A stretch of 64,000 nucleotides of DNA, taken from Trichoplax adhaerens. Its lineage: Eukaryota; Animalia; Placozoa. The notes under the pieces were generated by a model, which had not been told where the DNA came from, made no database searches, and saw only the letters and a program-made list of their open reading frames with translations. The stretch spans positions 62,001 through 126,000 of the forward strand of contig NW_002060957.1 in assembly GCF_000150275.1 (NCBI RefSeq). Direction: 5' to 3'. Below are positions 52,530-64,000 of the stretch, in pieces; position 1 is the stretch's first letter, and each line of letters begins with the position of its first letter. The position numbers were made by a program, and so were the translations under genes.

Positions 52530-55500
52530 TTATGGCTTGCAGCGCTCAATAAAGCGAGGGTAAAACGTAACATCTCTAATGTGTGGCCTGTTCAAAAGCC
52601 AAGTTAAATAACGTTCCATTCCCAAGCCGTAGCCACCGTGGGGACAGGTACCGTATTTTCGCTAAAATGATAAAAATCAGTATGATAAACAAACAAGAGG
52701 CAATTGTAAAGCATCAACTATATTAGCAAATAGATAGTCTCCTTTAGACTTACTTGGTCAAGATACCAGTAATATGGTGTTGGATCAATTCCCGATCGTT
52801 TATACCCTTCCATTAAATCCTCCTAAACATCGTAACGATAATACAATAAAAGTCAGACAGACACTATGCAAAATCGCCTGTGGCTTATACGCTAACCATA
52901 CCAAGACGTGAGTTCTCATAGATCCACCAACAATTTCACCGACATTTGGCATTAGTAAGTCCACCTTCATACAATTAAGACCATTAACAATCAATATCTA
53001 TTAAAAATTTGGTTATTATAGTCCAATACAACGGTATCAGAGTAAGAACATACGGATTGCGTAACACGTCTATTTTCAGGACATCGTGGCATGTAGAAGG
53101 ATTTTATCTCCGCAGGAAATCGGCAAAGCATAATTGGCTAAATTCCCAAATTTTTTACATTAAGAATGTTTCTCAGTTGCTAAATTTGTCCATCACAAGA
53201 TTGCAAACCTCATTGATTTGATCAGTCATTTTTCGTTCTGGAGCTTCGGGAATATCCTTAAATGAAATCAGTATTCAATTTATTTAAAAGCCTTTTAACA
53301 TTCAATGCCAATACTATATTTTTTAAATCTATCTTACTTCTCCATATTCATAGAAAGTTCCATCGTCTTTCGTGATGTTATGTTCTTTTAAATAAACAAT
53401 CGCCTCACCGTAATCCATCCGCCTAAGTAGAAAGTTTTTTATGACTATCAACTACTAACGAAATTACTTTAAATCAGAACTTTACCTGAAAGGTTTTTGA
53501 GGAACTTTGAAGTCCTTGTAGATACAGTAATAAAGAAGCGATAAATATATTAGTATTGAGACAAATACTTTATAATCGCCTTAATATTTTATTTACAGGG
53601 TTCATTTCCAACAACATTTCACGAAGTGGTGACTGCATGATTCTCTCAGCAACATCAACGACCTGCAAATTAGTATATTAGCAATAAAAATGAACACTGC
53701 TTATCCAAGTAAAATATTCAACTAATTGTACGTATCCCTTACCAAATCTTCGATCTTGTCCAACATGTCTTCGAACGTTACAAATGGGCATTCAGCTTCA
53801 ATATGAGTATATCTGCAAATGGATATATGCAATAGTTCCACGTTAATTATGGCACAGGTCAAGTTACGCAGATTGTGACACACTACTAACTCAGCTAGAT
53901 GTCTTCTTGTACGAGATTGCTCTGCTCTATACGACTGGGCAATACAATAAACATCGCCCATTGATGGTAGGACGGTTTCCAAATATAATTGAGATGATTG
54001 TGTTAGGAAGGCCTATATGAATGGAAGTTAAGGTTTACTTCACCAATAATAGTTACCCCAAATTAATTTAACTATGTTTAATCCATATTCATTAAATTCT
54101 GAAACGATACCCACTTGTTCACCGAAATAGTCTAATTTAAATAGAGTTGCACCCCCTTCGACTTGCGTTTGAACCAATGTTGGTGGTGTAAGCTGCAATG
54201 AACAATATCGCAATTTAGCGATATAAATAGAAAATTTAGAATGGTGATAATGTACCTCCTAGATATACGTATGATATTAATGCACCTTAAAATACCCTCG
54301 GTCATAAAAGTGGTCATTGAAGCTACGAAATAGAGCATTTCAGTTATTATTATAATAATTAAAAAAAATATTTAAAATTCAAAATTGCAATAAAATATTG
54401 ATATTTTCTTACGCTTTTTCAGTTATAGATCTAATCTTCATTATTTTGGATAGCTACACAAGCATAATAATAGCAAATAATAAAAATGAAATATAGAGAG
54501 CTGCCAAATACAATTCATGCGTAAGCTATTAGTATCAAACACTTTTGAAAATGTACTAACCGTATCACCTCTTAGCATCATATGTCGGTAATCTAGCTGG
54601 ACATCGACATTAGAATCCTATTCATATAATTATAAAAATAAATACACTGCAAAGGATAAATTTGAATCCAATTGATCTAATACGATACTAATAGAATAGG
54701 ACAATTTAGTAGGAATGTAGTCTCGGCAGCTTCTACTGTAATTTTCTATTAACAGAATTGAATTACTTCGTTAACTAGACTGTCATGTCCACCAGGTGGC
54801 GCAGAACCAACAACCTCCCAGAAATCGACAATTAGCTCATGACCTCCAGGTGCCTATTGGTAGATTTCCCATTAAACGTAGCAACATTAGTACATTAAGT
54901 ATAAATCATAACTGCACGTTACGTAGATGACTTTTAAAGGATTGAAAACAAATGACGTACTACATACCGTCTTGCCCTCTGGTAGTGGTTCAATTATACC
55001 ATAAACAGCAATTGAGTACTCGGTAGTTAGGGTAAGCGCATCATAAGTATGGCACTATAATTTAGATTATCATTCAAAGTTGATTAATGTTCATTTCATT
55101 TTCATATTATTGCCAAATAATTACATTAAGATTTGAAACTATGAGTACAAAAGCATAAATACTCGTATTATGTTTGAAAGAAAAATTTAGTTCTAGGATA
55201 ACCAGTATCTTACCAGTTTGTCATTAAAAACGCATTGAATGTAACCTGTTCCATCTCTTAATAAGACAAATATTAAGTTCTTTCCTATCATCAAATAGAA
55301 TAAAATGCAATAGCATTAGTTATAGCTCTTCGTACATAATCTACATCAATAAATATATGTAATGTCAATACTACAATTTTCTTGAACAACATTATAGAGC
55401 GTATGATATGAATTGTTGGGTGTTTTCATTGATAAAAGTAGATATGTATTTCAATACCTTGTCTTCTAAGCCTATGGACCCAGCCATAAATTTTAACTCT

Positions 55501-56953
55501 CTTTTGCCTATGGCTAGTTGCGTCGCGTAATTTGATCTATTCATAGTTGAGTAAGTAAAAGAGTTTATTGAGCTATTCATTTTTTGACAAATACACGACG
55601 TTTAGATTTATCATAAAGTGGAAATATTTACAGTTCATTTATTGGCATGCAAGTAAAGTTGAAATCTTATAGAGAAGGTCTATCAATATGATATTATTAG
55701 GGTCAACCTGAATGGGTTTAGGCAAAGATTCATCAGCTTCAATTACAATTTTCTTGGCTTCTTCTAAATTTTTTTCACGTCGAGCAGCGTCTTCTGCCTA
55801 TGAGTAGACAATAGAAAGATAGATTTATAACGAAATTGCTGTTTGATATGGAAAGTAGTCGTAAAAATATTCTTGATAGTATAGCGTAAGCCATGCTATG
55901 TTGTTGGTAAATACGTGATTATTACTATAATACTCGTATACTATAATTGACTACTTGAAGAAGAGTAGTTTTACGGAGAAACGAGTAACGTTGGCATGCA
56001 ATGTTTGTATCCCAATCATTCTATAGGACTACGAAAGAAAGTGCAATTGACTTCTGACTAGATAAGATCTGTAGATGATTTTTGATATCAATATTTTCGC
56101 TGATATATTACCTCACGTTTTTCGATTTCCTGGCTTTTTCGACACTCTCGATACCAGATTTTTAAGACTTTTTTCGATTGACTCAAGGAAACCGATGCCC
56201 ACCGCTATTATGATGATAAACCATCATAACCAATTCAAGAATTCAATATCGTACTATTTGATATTATAGTCCAATGTTGCTATGACTCCATTTTGACCAT
56301 CTTGATTGATAATGTAACTTGTTGATGGTTATTAAGAAAGATACATGTTGCGCTTACCTGGCCCTCTTCCTTACTGTCAACATAAATGACTGGAAAAGGT
56401 TCTTTTCCATAACTCCTATAGGCCTAACATTGATTAAGATAAGCATATATAAAAATAAATCCATCATTTCAAGTCGATACATTGTACAATCTGGATTAAA
56501 ATGTCTGTGTACAAGAGTAGACTCTATGTTGATGATCCTATTTGTTATCGCTAATGAAACCTACTTGCAATAATGTCTGAAATGGTTTGGCTTGGCTGCC
56601 ATCGCCATTTTCATCACTTCCTTCCTTTTCAGAAGTATAAATCGGAGGTAATTCTATCATCAAGAAGAAAGGTATAGATCGATCATCCAATACATACATA
56701 TCCCATTTAATAAATTCAAACGAATGAGGAATAGGAATAAAATAATGGTGCTGGCCAATTTAGCTATATTCCTCTACGAGCAAAGATGATGATGACATGA
56801 GATGATATTATGGATGGCATCACATGGACGAGTCTTGCAAGATACACCACATTCCATTGTATCTCGTTGTGTTTTTTTTTCCATCCCATTCCTTATAAAA
56901 TAAAGTTAAATAAAGTTAAATAAGGCATTACCTTGGCTTTCTTTTTCGGCCAT
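52530..56953 (-). CDS. NARS1: Cytoplasmic asparaginyl-tRNA synthetase with many small exons (first coding exon 56953-56932, MAEKESQ)
   Basis: [21 protein letters not shown] eukaryotic N-domain; [10 protein letters not shown]; [10 protein letters not shown]; [15 protein letters not shown]; [23 protein letters not shown]...RCKP then stop. Confidence 0.95.
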
Positions 56954-57010
56954 AATTCTGTACGATCTTAACGGCACGGAGAATTAGGCAAGAGTAGCAA
57001 ATAGACAATT

Positions 57011-57060
57011 NNNNNNNNNNNNNNNNNNNNNNNNNNNNNNNNNNNNNNNNNNNNNNNNNN
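57011..57060. other. Assembly gap (50 N)
   Basis: Run of N just upstream of NARS1. Confidence 1.
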
Positions 57061-57234
57061 CAGGCCGGCGTGCCGTCTTGTGCTCGCCACAGTCTACAGT
57101 CTCTCCAACGTACCGTACACCCGAACAATATACTGTAGGGCATTTGGACTCTCTATAGTAATCCATGAGAGTACAGTACTTTGACTACAGTGGCAAGACT
57201 GTACTCACAACTTAGCACTTCCTCATCAAGAAAG

Positions 57235-58190
57235 AGTAGAAGAAACGGGAATTTCCTCCGCTAGCAATCGTTTTGATGATACAAATAGTTGTGTCTTCCT
57301 CCGCTAGTAATCGTTTTGATGATACAAATAGTAATGTCTTCCTGCGCAAGCAATCGTTTTGATGATACAAATAGTAATGTCTTGAAGAATAATGCTTCTA
57401 CTGTATTCAGTATCTCTATACCATGAGTCATTGTGGACGGCTTGGATGATGCAAGACTTTTCTAATGTGAGATCATTCTACCATGACTAATTTCATCACA
57501 CATAAAGGTGTCCACTGCAGCCTTGATGATTCAAGACTTGTGAACTAGATTGCTAGAAATGGCTACTGTACTTATTTATTGAATGAGTGTACTACCTAGT
57601 ACTACCCATAGAGATAAAAGAAACGGGAATTTCCTCCGCTAGCAATCGTTTCGATGATACAAATAGTAATGTCTGGAAGAAAAATGCTTCTACTGTATTC
57701 AGTATCTTTCTATGCCATAAGTCATTGTGGTCGGCTTGAATGATGCAAGACTTTTCCGACATGAGATCATTCTACCATGACTAATTTCATCACACATAAA
57801 AGGGCACACTGCAGCCTTGATGATTCAAGACTTGTGAACTAGATTGCTAGAAATGGCTACTGTACTTATTTATTGAATGAGTGTACTACCTACTGTACCT
57901 ACTACCCATAGAGATAGAAGAAACGGGAATTTCCTCAACTTTCCATGTTTTTGATAATGAATTAATACAAACATTATTAGAAAAATGCTCCTACCGTAAT
58001 GTATACAGTATCTCTATGGCACTAGCCACTAGTTATTGTGATCGACTTGAATGATACATTACGAAGACTTTTCCAACATGAGATCATTCTATCACGACTA
58101 ATTTCATCACATAAAAAAAGGGCACACTGTAACCTTGATGATTCGAGACTTGTGCCATGGACTACTGGAAATGACTACTGTAGTCATTTC
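57235..58190. repeat. ~290-300 bp tandem repeat x3; the first copy has an internal 45 bp unit x3 (~57256-57385)
   Basis: agaaacgggaatttcctc at 57241, 57619 and 57919; gcaatcgttttgatgatacaaatag repeated at 45 bp spacing. Confidence 0.92.
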
Positions 58191-58546
58191 TAGTTGTCCA
58201 TGCTTGTTGTGCTGCTTAGCATCAGTGATATCCTATATTGCAGGCTATCGACTGGCCCTGTTGACATCCTCCTAAAATCATGATAATGAATAGTGTAGAC
58301 ACAAAACCAAGTACAGTACAGTATGGATTCTGTCAACAACTTGAAACGTAGTATCCATGTCTTGTATTGTATTCAAGACCTTGGAGTAGTCCATGGCCAT
58401 CACTGCTTGCTAGTTCCACTTGAACCAATCGTTCTCTTTGATAAATAGGCCCCCAAAAGTAAGCAAACAGTCTGTGATCTAGCATCTACAATGGCTAACT
58501 GGCCATCTTGCTACTGTATCCAACTAAAATACCTGCTCTGACAAGC

Positions 58547-58606
58547 CATGCAATACTGGAAAAAGGTCTTTTTGAGGAATCCAAGACCTTTTTTCAGTAG
58601 TCCATG
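58547..58606. repeat. Inverted repeat/hairpin with 24 bp arms (21/24 matched) and a 12 nt loop
   Basis: catgcaatactggaaaaaggtctt - tttgaggaatcc - aagaccttttttcagtagtccatg. Confidence 0.85.
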
Positions 58607-60321
58607 CCATTTTCTAACAGTCTATGGACAAACACAGTCTCTTCTATCGTTAATTAACCAGGAATTCTACAATTAGAGCTGAAATTAAACGCCAGCCAAC
58701 TACTCAAGGAGTGTTGCAGGATCGTCTAGGATTGAGGAAGTCCGCGTTACGAGTGCTTAGTACGGTATACCCTACCGTACTGTGTACTGTAAATGTGTTA
58801 TGAAGGCTTCGTTGGCACCATGGTTACCGCAATGGCTGGCAGGAGAATGTTGGAGAAATTAGGTCAGCATTGCATATTGCATTGACTGTCCTTACAGAAC
58901 TAGATTATCCATAGTAAGACTTAGATGTATACTACAGCCTAGATGATATTGATGGTACAATAAAATAATCAACAAAGAGTCAATATAGCACTAAAATCGA
59001 TCAAGTTGATGCATCATTTCTAGCCTGATGATGCACAAGATACTTGGTACTGTAGCATAAGGTTCAATATGAAATAGCTCCTTCTTCCAGGTTCATCTCT
59101 ATTTGGACAACTCTTGAAAGTGCTCCAGCAGCTACAACGCACCGCCTATCGTTGACTAAAGTATTAATAATAAATCAAGATAGAATTAACAGTAACTTCA
59201 AGTCCACAATTTTTGCAGCGCTCACTAGGGATGAAAGCAGTAATCCAATCGAAGCATGACCTGGCAGGCTAAGCGTCGCTTTGCCTACTTGTCCATCTCT
59301 ACCTTTTAAATCACTTCTAGAGTCTAGATCTAGAATCTGCAAGGTCAATATTAATTAACGTCTATTGTAGCCTATTGGAAATTAAAGAATCAGCTTTAGC
59401 AAAATGCCTCTGCAACATAGCCTTTCTAGATTGCCTAGCTCAATCGATTAAATTGTGCTATTGATATTGCAATCGATCCGGTAAACGCAATCTTATGCAT
59501 ACCGCACTTACAAAAGGTAAACATCATGCTATGTTGCAGATGGATAGTTGTAATAGAATAAGGCATCAATGTGGCAGTTCAATCGCTATTGCCAACCATC
59601 ATGTTCTGTTGTGATTATCATTCATCAATTGTTTTTGCTTTTCGTAAAGGGAACCTTTGCACCTTCTCTGATCCTTGACTGTAAAACTAGTGTAGACCGT
59701 ATGTTGACAGCCACCTGTTTATCACACGTAAAGCTGATAGTCCACTTTGGACTGCAGCCATGCAGTAGTTTATACCTCCATCTCCACCAGATGTACCTTG
59801 GAGCAGGGACTTCTTACCAGTCCGTGCTTTGAAGTATAACTAACCCTGGTATGAATCAACGAAACTAACCGTAAACAGTTAGTTACACATTGTCAGCCGA
59901 AAAATGATCCTTCAATAGAAATCTCCTCTATCCATTGCTGTTTTGTACTAGATTGCAAACAGAGTAACGCGTGATAATGAAGCCAAGTCACCAATAGCTC
60001 ATCATCTTGTTAGCGGACACATTTCTCACATCACTATCGTTATACTGTCGAGCAATGACATGAATTAGTGGCTCCAATAATCCCTGACAGCGTTAAGAAC
60101 TTACTGTATATACAGACAACTGTCGTGGAAATTAGTATCGTTTATCCTTGTGCTACAGTAATTGCACAAGAGTAGATACGTAAACTGAAAATGATATGCC
60201 AAATACAAGTCGTACTGCCCAATGTCTAATTTGAATGCACTCCGTTGACAGCAAATCATTATCTTATACGCGTGCTTCCATTCTATTCTCATCTATTATA
60301 GCTACTAATCATGCAAAGACA

Positions 60322-63300
60322 ATGACAATGTGGAGAGCCATCTTCAAATCAGCAAGGTCACCGACCTTTGTATACATACGGAAAAGATTTTACTGCCAAC
60401 ATAGAGAACATCGTGTCAATGCTATTAATATTCAAATGCTATCTGATACGCTGCATCGGCAAATATTTCGTCGTGGTAATGATCAAAATGCCTCCAATGC
60501 TCACGATCAATACATTGATGGCGAATTGTTGGAAAAAATTAAGAATCATCTACAGCAGCATGACCTAGCCGATAAACAAACTTCAAAACAAGAGGACGTC
60601 GCCTTTCAGTTACCCGAATTACATGGTTCTAACATTGATGAACATTTTCGGTACATTGCTAATCAGCAAATTGCCCATTATAAGATATTAATCGATCGAT
60701 TAATTGACGCTACGTTGCCGTCTAAACCGTTAACTTGGGAATGCCGACCTGGTTGGACCCGGTATGATGGTAATCAAGCAACAAGCGTTGAATTCCCTGG
60801 TAGGTAGAGTTGTATTTCTTGCCATCTCCAGCTACACTAATCAACATAAGTAGCTACAGTATTCGAGCTATACTAAAGCAGTAAGCAGATTAATTGGCTT
60901 TCATAAACTGCTTCTAAGTGATACTGTTTTATTCAGTAATGCATCACCAAGTGTCCGAGCTTTAATCTTCTATTAGTCTTTGCTCCTTATTCTTTATATC
61001 AACCTAAATCTATCCTATAAGTAATAAAGGTTATCATGCAGTAACTATCTATCTGTCTACTCCATGCAGATGAGGAAGCCCTAGTATTTGATGTAGAAAC
61101 TTCAGTAATGAACGGTAGAATACCTGTTATGGCCACGGCTGTATCACCAACTCATTGGTACTCTTGGGTTAGTCATCATTTAATTCTTGATGACTTAAGA
61201 CTAGGCTGGAAGCACGATAATACTTTGAAAGATTTAATACCCATGGAAGCGAATCAAAAGGGACATAATAGTCAGAAAAAGAACCATCTGAAAAAATTAA
61301 TTGTTGGACATAATATTGGCTACGATAGATCTTATATTCGTGAACAGTACAATATTGAGGTACGTGTGACTATGCATACACCTTATGCTGTCAATAAATA
61401 ATGCTATCGATAAATTAATTTATGTAACATGCATTTTTAATATTAATATTAATAAAGTAGAACATTACTTCTTTTAAATTAATATCGTAGCAAAAAATAG
61501 AAACGACGAATAGAGAAAGTTGTAAAACTAGAGTATACAACAATATTTCTGATAATCAATGCTCTTATAGTCTGGTAATACAGTATTCCTCGACACAATG
61601 AGCTTACATAATTGTGTTGGAGGATTAACAAGTATCCAAAGGGGTAACTGGAAGAAAATGAATAATGGCGATCATGATGCCAACGGCGACACAAATAAAG
61701 AAGCATTTTGGGCAAAACTTAGCTGTCCTAGTAGTTTAGCTGATATTTACACTCTATATACAAATAATACGTTAGACAAATCGCCAGTAGACATTCTTAT
61801 TAAAGGAAGCATGAGAGATATCAAAGATAATTTTCAGGTAAAACTTTCTGGTTATGTTCATGTTAGCGCTGTGGTATATTCACTAGTTTTCATCATTTTA
61901 ATAAATTTCATTCAACGTTCAATAAAATTGTCAATTCGTATTCGTACTGTAGACTTTGATGGAATATTGTGCAACTGACGTCTATGCTACACACGTTGTA
62001 TTAAAAAATGTCTACAAACTATTCCTCCTACGATGTCCGCATCCAGTCTCATTTGCTGGCATGCTGGAAATGAGTTCGATATTTTTACCGGTAGATGAAA
62101 GTTGGCAATACTATTTGAATACTGTCGAATATACCTATCAGGACTTAGAAAACGAATTGAATACGCTGTTGAAACATTTAGCTGATGATGCTTGTCATTT
62201 ACTCCGGAACGATAGGTAAGCTACTGAACATGCAGAGACTGTAGCTTTTTATAAATAGCTTGGATTGTACAAGTTCTGTACGTGTATATTTAATTTGTAA
62301 CGGCATATGTTTAAAAATGTTGGAATTTGTTTAAAAGAAGAGACGATGATATACCTTTCTATAGAATTGCACTCATTCTCCAATAAAAAATTGGACTCCA
62401 AAGGATTGATGATAACCTTCAAATTTTAAATATCGTCTAGTTATTACTTTTTGATCTTTATGTGGTATCAACTACTTGTAATATCGATACTAACTTTATA
62501 TCGCAAATGATTCATGCCTGTAAATATGTACTTTAACTTAAATATTAGTAATAAAAATGTCTTAATCTCTCATACTACTAGATTCCGCGATGATCCTTGG
62601 CTATGGAGCTTAAACTGGAATATTAAACGTAACAGTTTAAAGAGTTTATCTAATATTTCAAAAAAACTACTAAAAACTATAACGGGAGAGTTAACAGAAA
62701 ATATTGATGATAAAATACTGGAGGAACGACTAAAGTTACAGAAAGAAAGATTGCATGCGAAAAGGGGATCGCAAAAAAGTGGCTACCCAGAGTAAGCTTA
62801 AAGTTAATACTGTAAATGGCACTACATTGTGTACCAAATGTTAACATTGTTATCGTATCCCTAGTTGGTACGCAGATTTATGCCCTCCATTATATATCAA
62901 ATCAGAACTAAATTCTAAATGGAGATCTTCACCTGTCAACATCAGCCCAACTAAACGTATCGTACCTTTACTACTACGTTTAGCTTACAACAATAATCCT
63001 GTATATTATGATAAAAAGTATGGTTGGGGTTATTTAGTATTACGCCAAGATGCAATAGCAGGTTTGTAATCATTAATCAAATCATAGTTTAATATTAAGA
63101 CATACTGACTCTTTATCTGATAAGCAAGTGTTGATATTTGTCTTTCTACAGATGAAACGTTATACGGGACATCACATAAGGAAAAATGCGGTAACGGAGA
63201 TACCGACGAGCAAAAGTTACAATTCCCTGTCAGGTAACATACCCTAAATGATATTGTTTCGAATATAAGCATGAAATTGTGATGATTAAATTTTCTATAA

Positions 63301-64000
63301 AAACAATATCGTTACTGTCCTGATTTAATAGATCTTGGTTAAAAATACTCAAAGAGCGCAAAAATAATAGCCATGATGGCCAAGCATGTATTAAAGCATT
63401 AGATACTAGTCAAGTTGACTATTTTAATCCAATAGACGTCGAACTTGAACCAAGGCGTAACTTATCACAAGGAGATAAATTACTGGGACCCTATACGATC
63501 GATATTCCTGGTGTCGATTTCTACAAAATACCTCATAAGGTTTGCATAGATTATGATTAGCTCAATTACTATCACTGTATGTTAGTTTTATGGTATTAAA
63601 GTATAAAACTTTTCACAATATCTTTAGGATGGTTCTCACTTAAGATGTGGAAGCCCATTATCAAAGGATTACCTTAAACAATACGAGGATGGCACAATTA
63701 CTTCGTTTGGAAGTGATATTGCTAAGCGTACAGTTGAACTTAAATTAATGCTTAGTTACTGGAAGAATGCTCATGATCGAGTCAGAAACCAATTTGTCGT
63801 ATATTACAAACATGATGAAATTGCCGATTCTATTCGAAAGTAGCTGCCAAAAATATTCTTCTTACTATGAACTCTTTGTATTGTTTCGGTAGTATTATAT
63901 TTAAGTATCTACACTTACTATTAAATTGTTCTAGCCATTCTCAATTCAAGCCACTCCAAAAATACGGTGCTATTCTACCACCGGTTGCACCGGCAGGGAC
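60322..64000 (+). CDS. POLG: Mitochondrial DNA polymerase gamma catalytic subunit, 3' end outside window. Exons about 60322-60799, 61070-61359, 61571-61837, 61953-62215, 62582-62791, 62865-63061, 63152-63233, 63332-63539, 63628-63840, 63935->64000
   Basis: Presequence MTMWRAIFKSARS; NAINIQMLS; ExoI FDVE; ExoII VGHNIGYDR; FLDTMSLH; ExoIII YCATDV; RCPHPVSFAGMLEM; DDPWLWSLNW; YKIPHKDG; SYWKNAHDRV. Confidence 0.95.

Noticed and set aside
56928-57166. ORFs spanning the N run
   Set aside because: Assembly-gap artefacts; the real NARS1 first exon is in another frame.
60368-60568. POLGARF-like overlapping ORF in POLG exon 1
   Set aside because: Short, TTG-initiated and without similarity; POLGARF is known from mammals, and chance explains this ORF.
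1-64000. tRNA, rRNA or intact transposase/reverse-transcriptase genes
   Set aside because: None recognisable by eye; tRNAscan-SE, Infernal and RepeatMasker would be needed to exclude them.

Overview
AT-rich, intron-containing animal genomic DNA, not prokaryotic. Short GT-AG introns, dense genes and an Apaf-1-like gene are most consistent with an early-branching metazoan such as the placozoan Trichoplax; this is inference. Conserved genes: SPATA5L1/AFG2B (5'-truncated), PPP1R35-like, LONP1, a UDP-glycosyltransferase, NARS1 and POLG (3'-truncated). Between PPP1R35 and LONP1 lies a ~30 kb accessory block with two components. The first is five intronless sarcosine-oxidase-fold flavoenzyme genes that differ in peroxisomal targeting and active-site residues; two of them sit in a tandem duplication whose coding regions look gene-converted. 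The second is an intact 21-exon CARD-NB-ARC-divergent beta-propeller gene whose C-terminal exons are symmetric and cut at the same strand of each repeat. Non-coding DNA holds many local tandem repeats and an apparent excess of TACNGTA heptamers; in paralogous repeats some appear as 5-bp insertions at TA, like Tc1/mariner excision footprints. Exon boundaries, identities and counts were read by eye.
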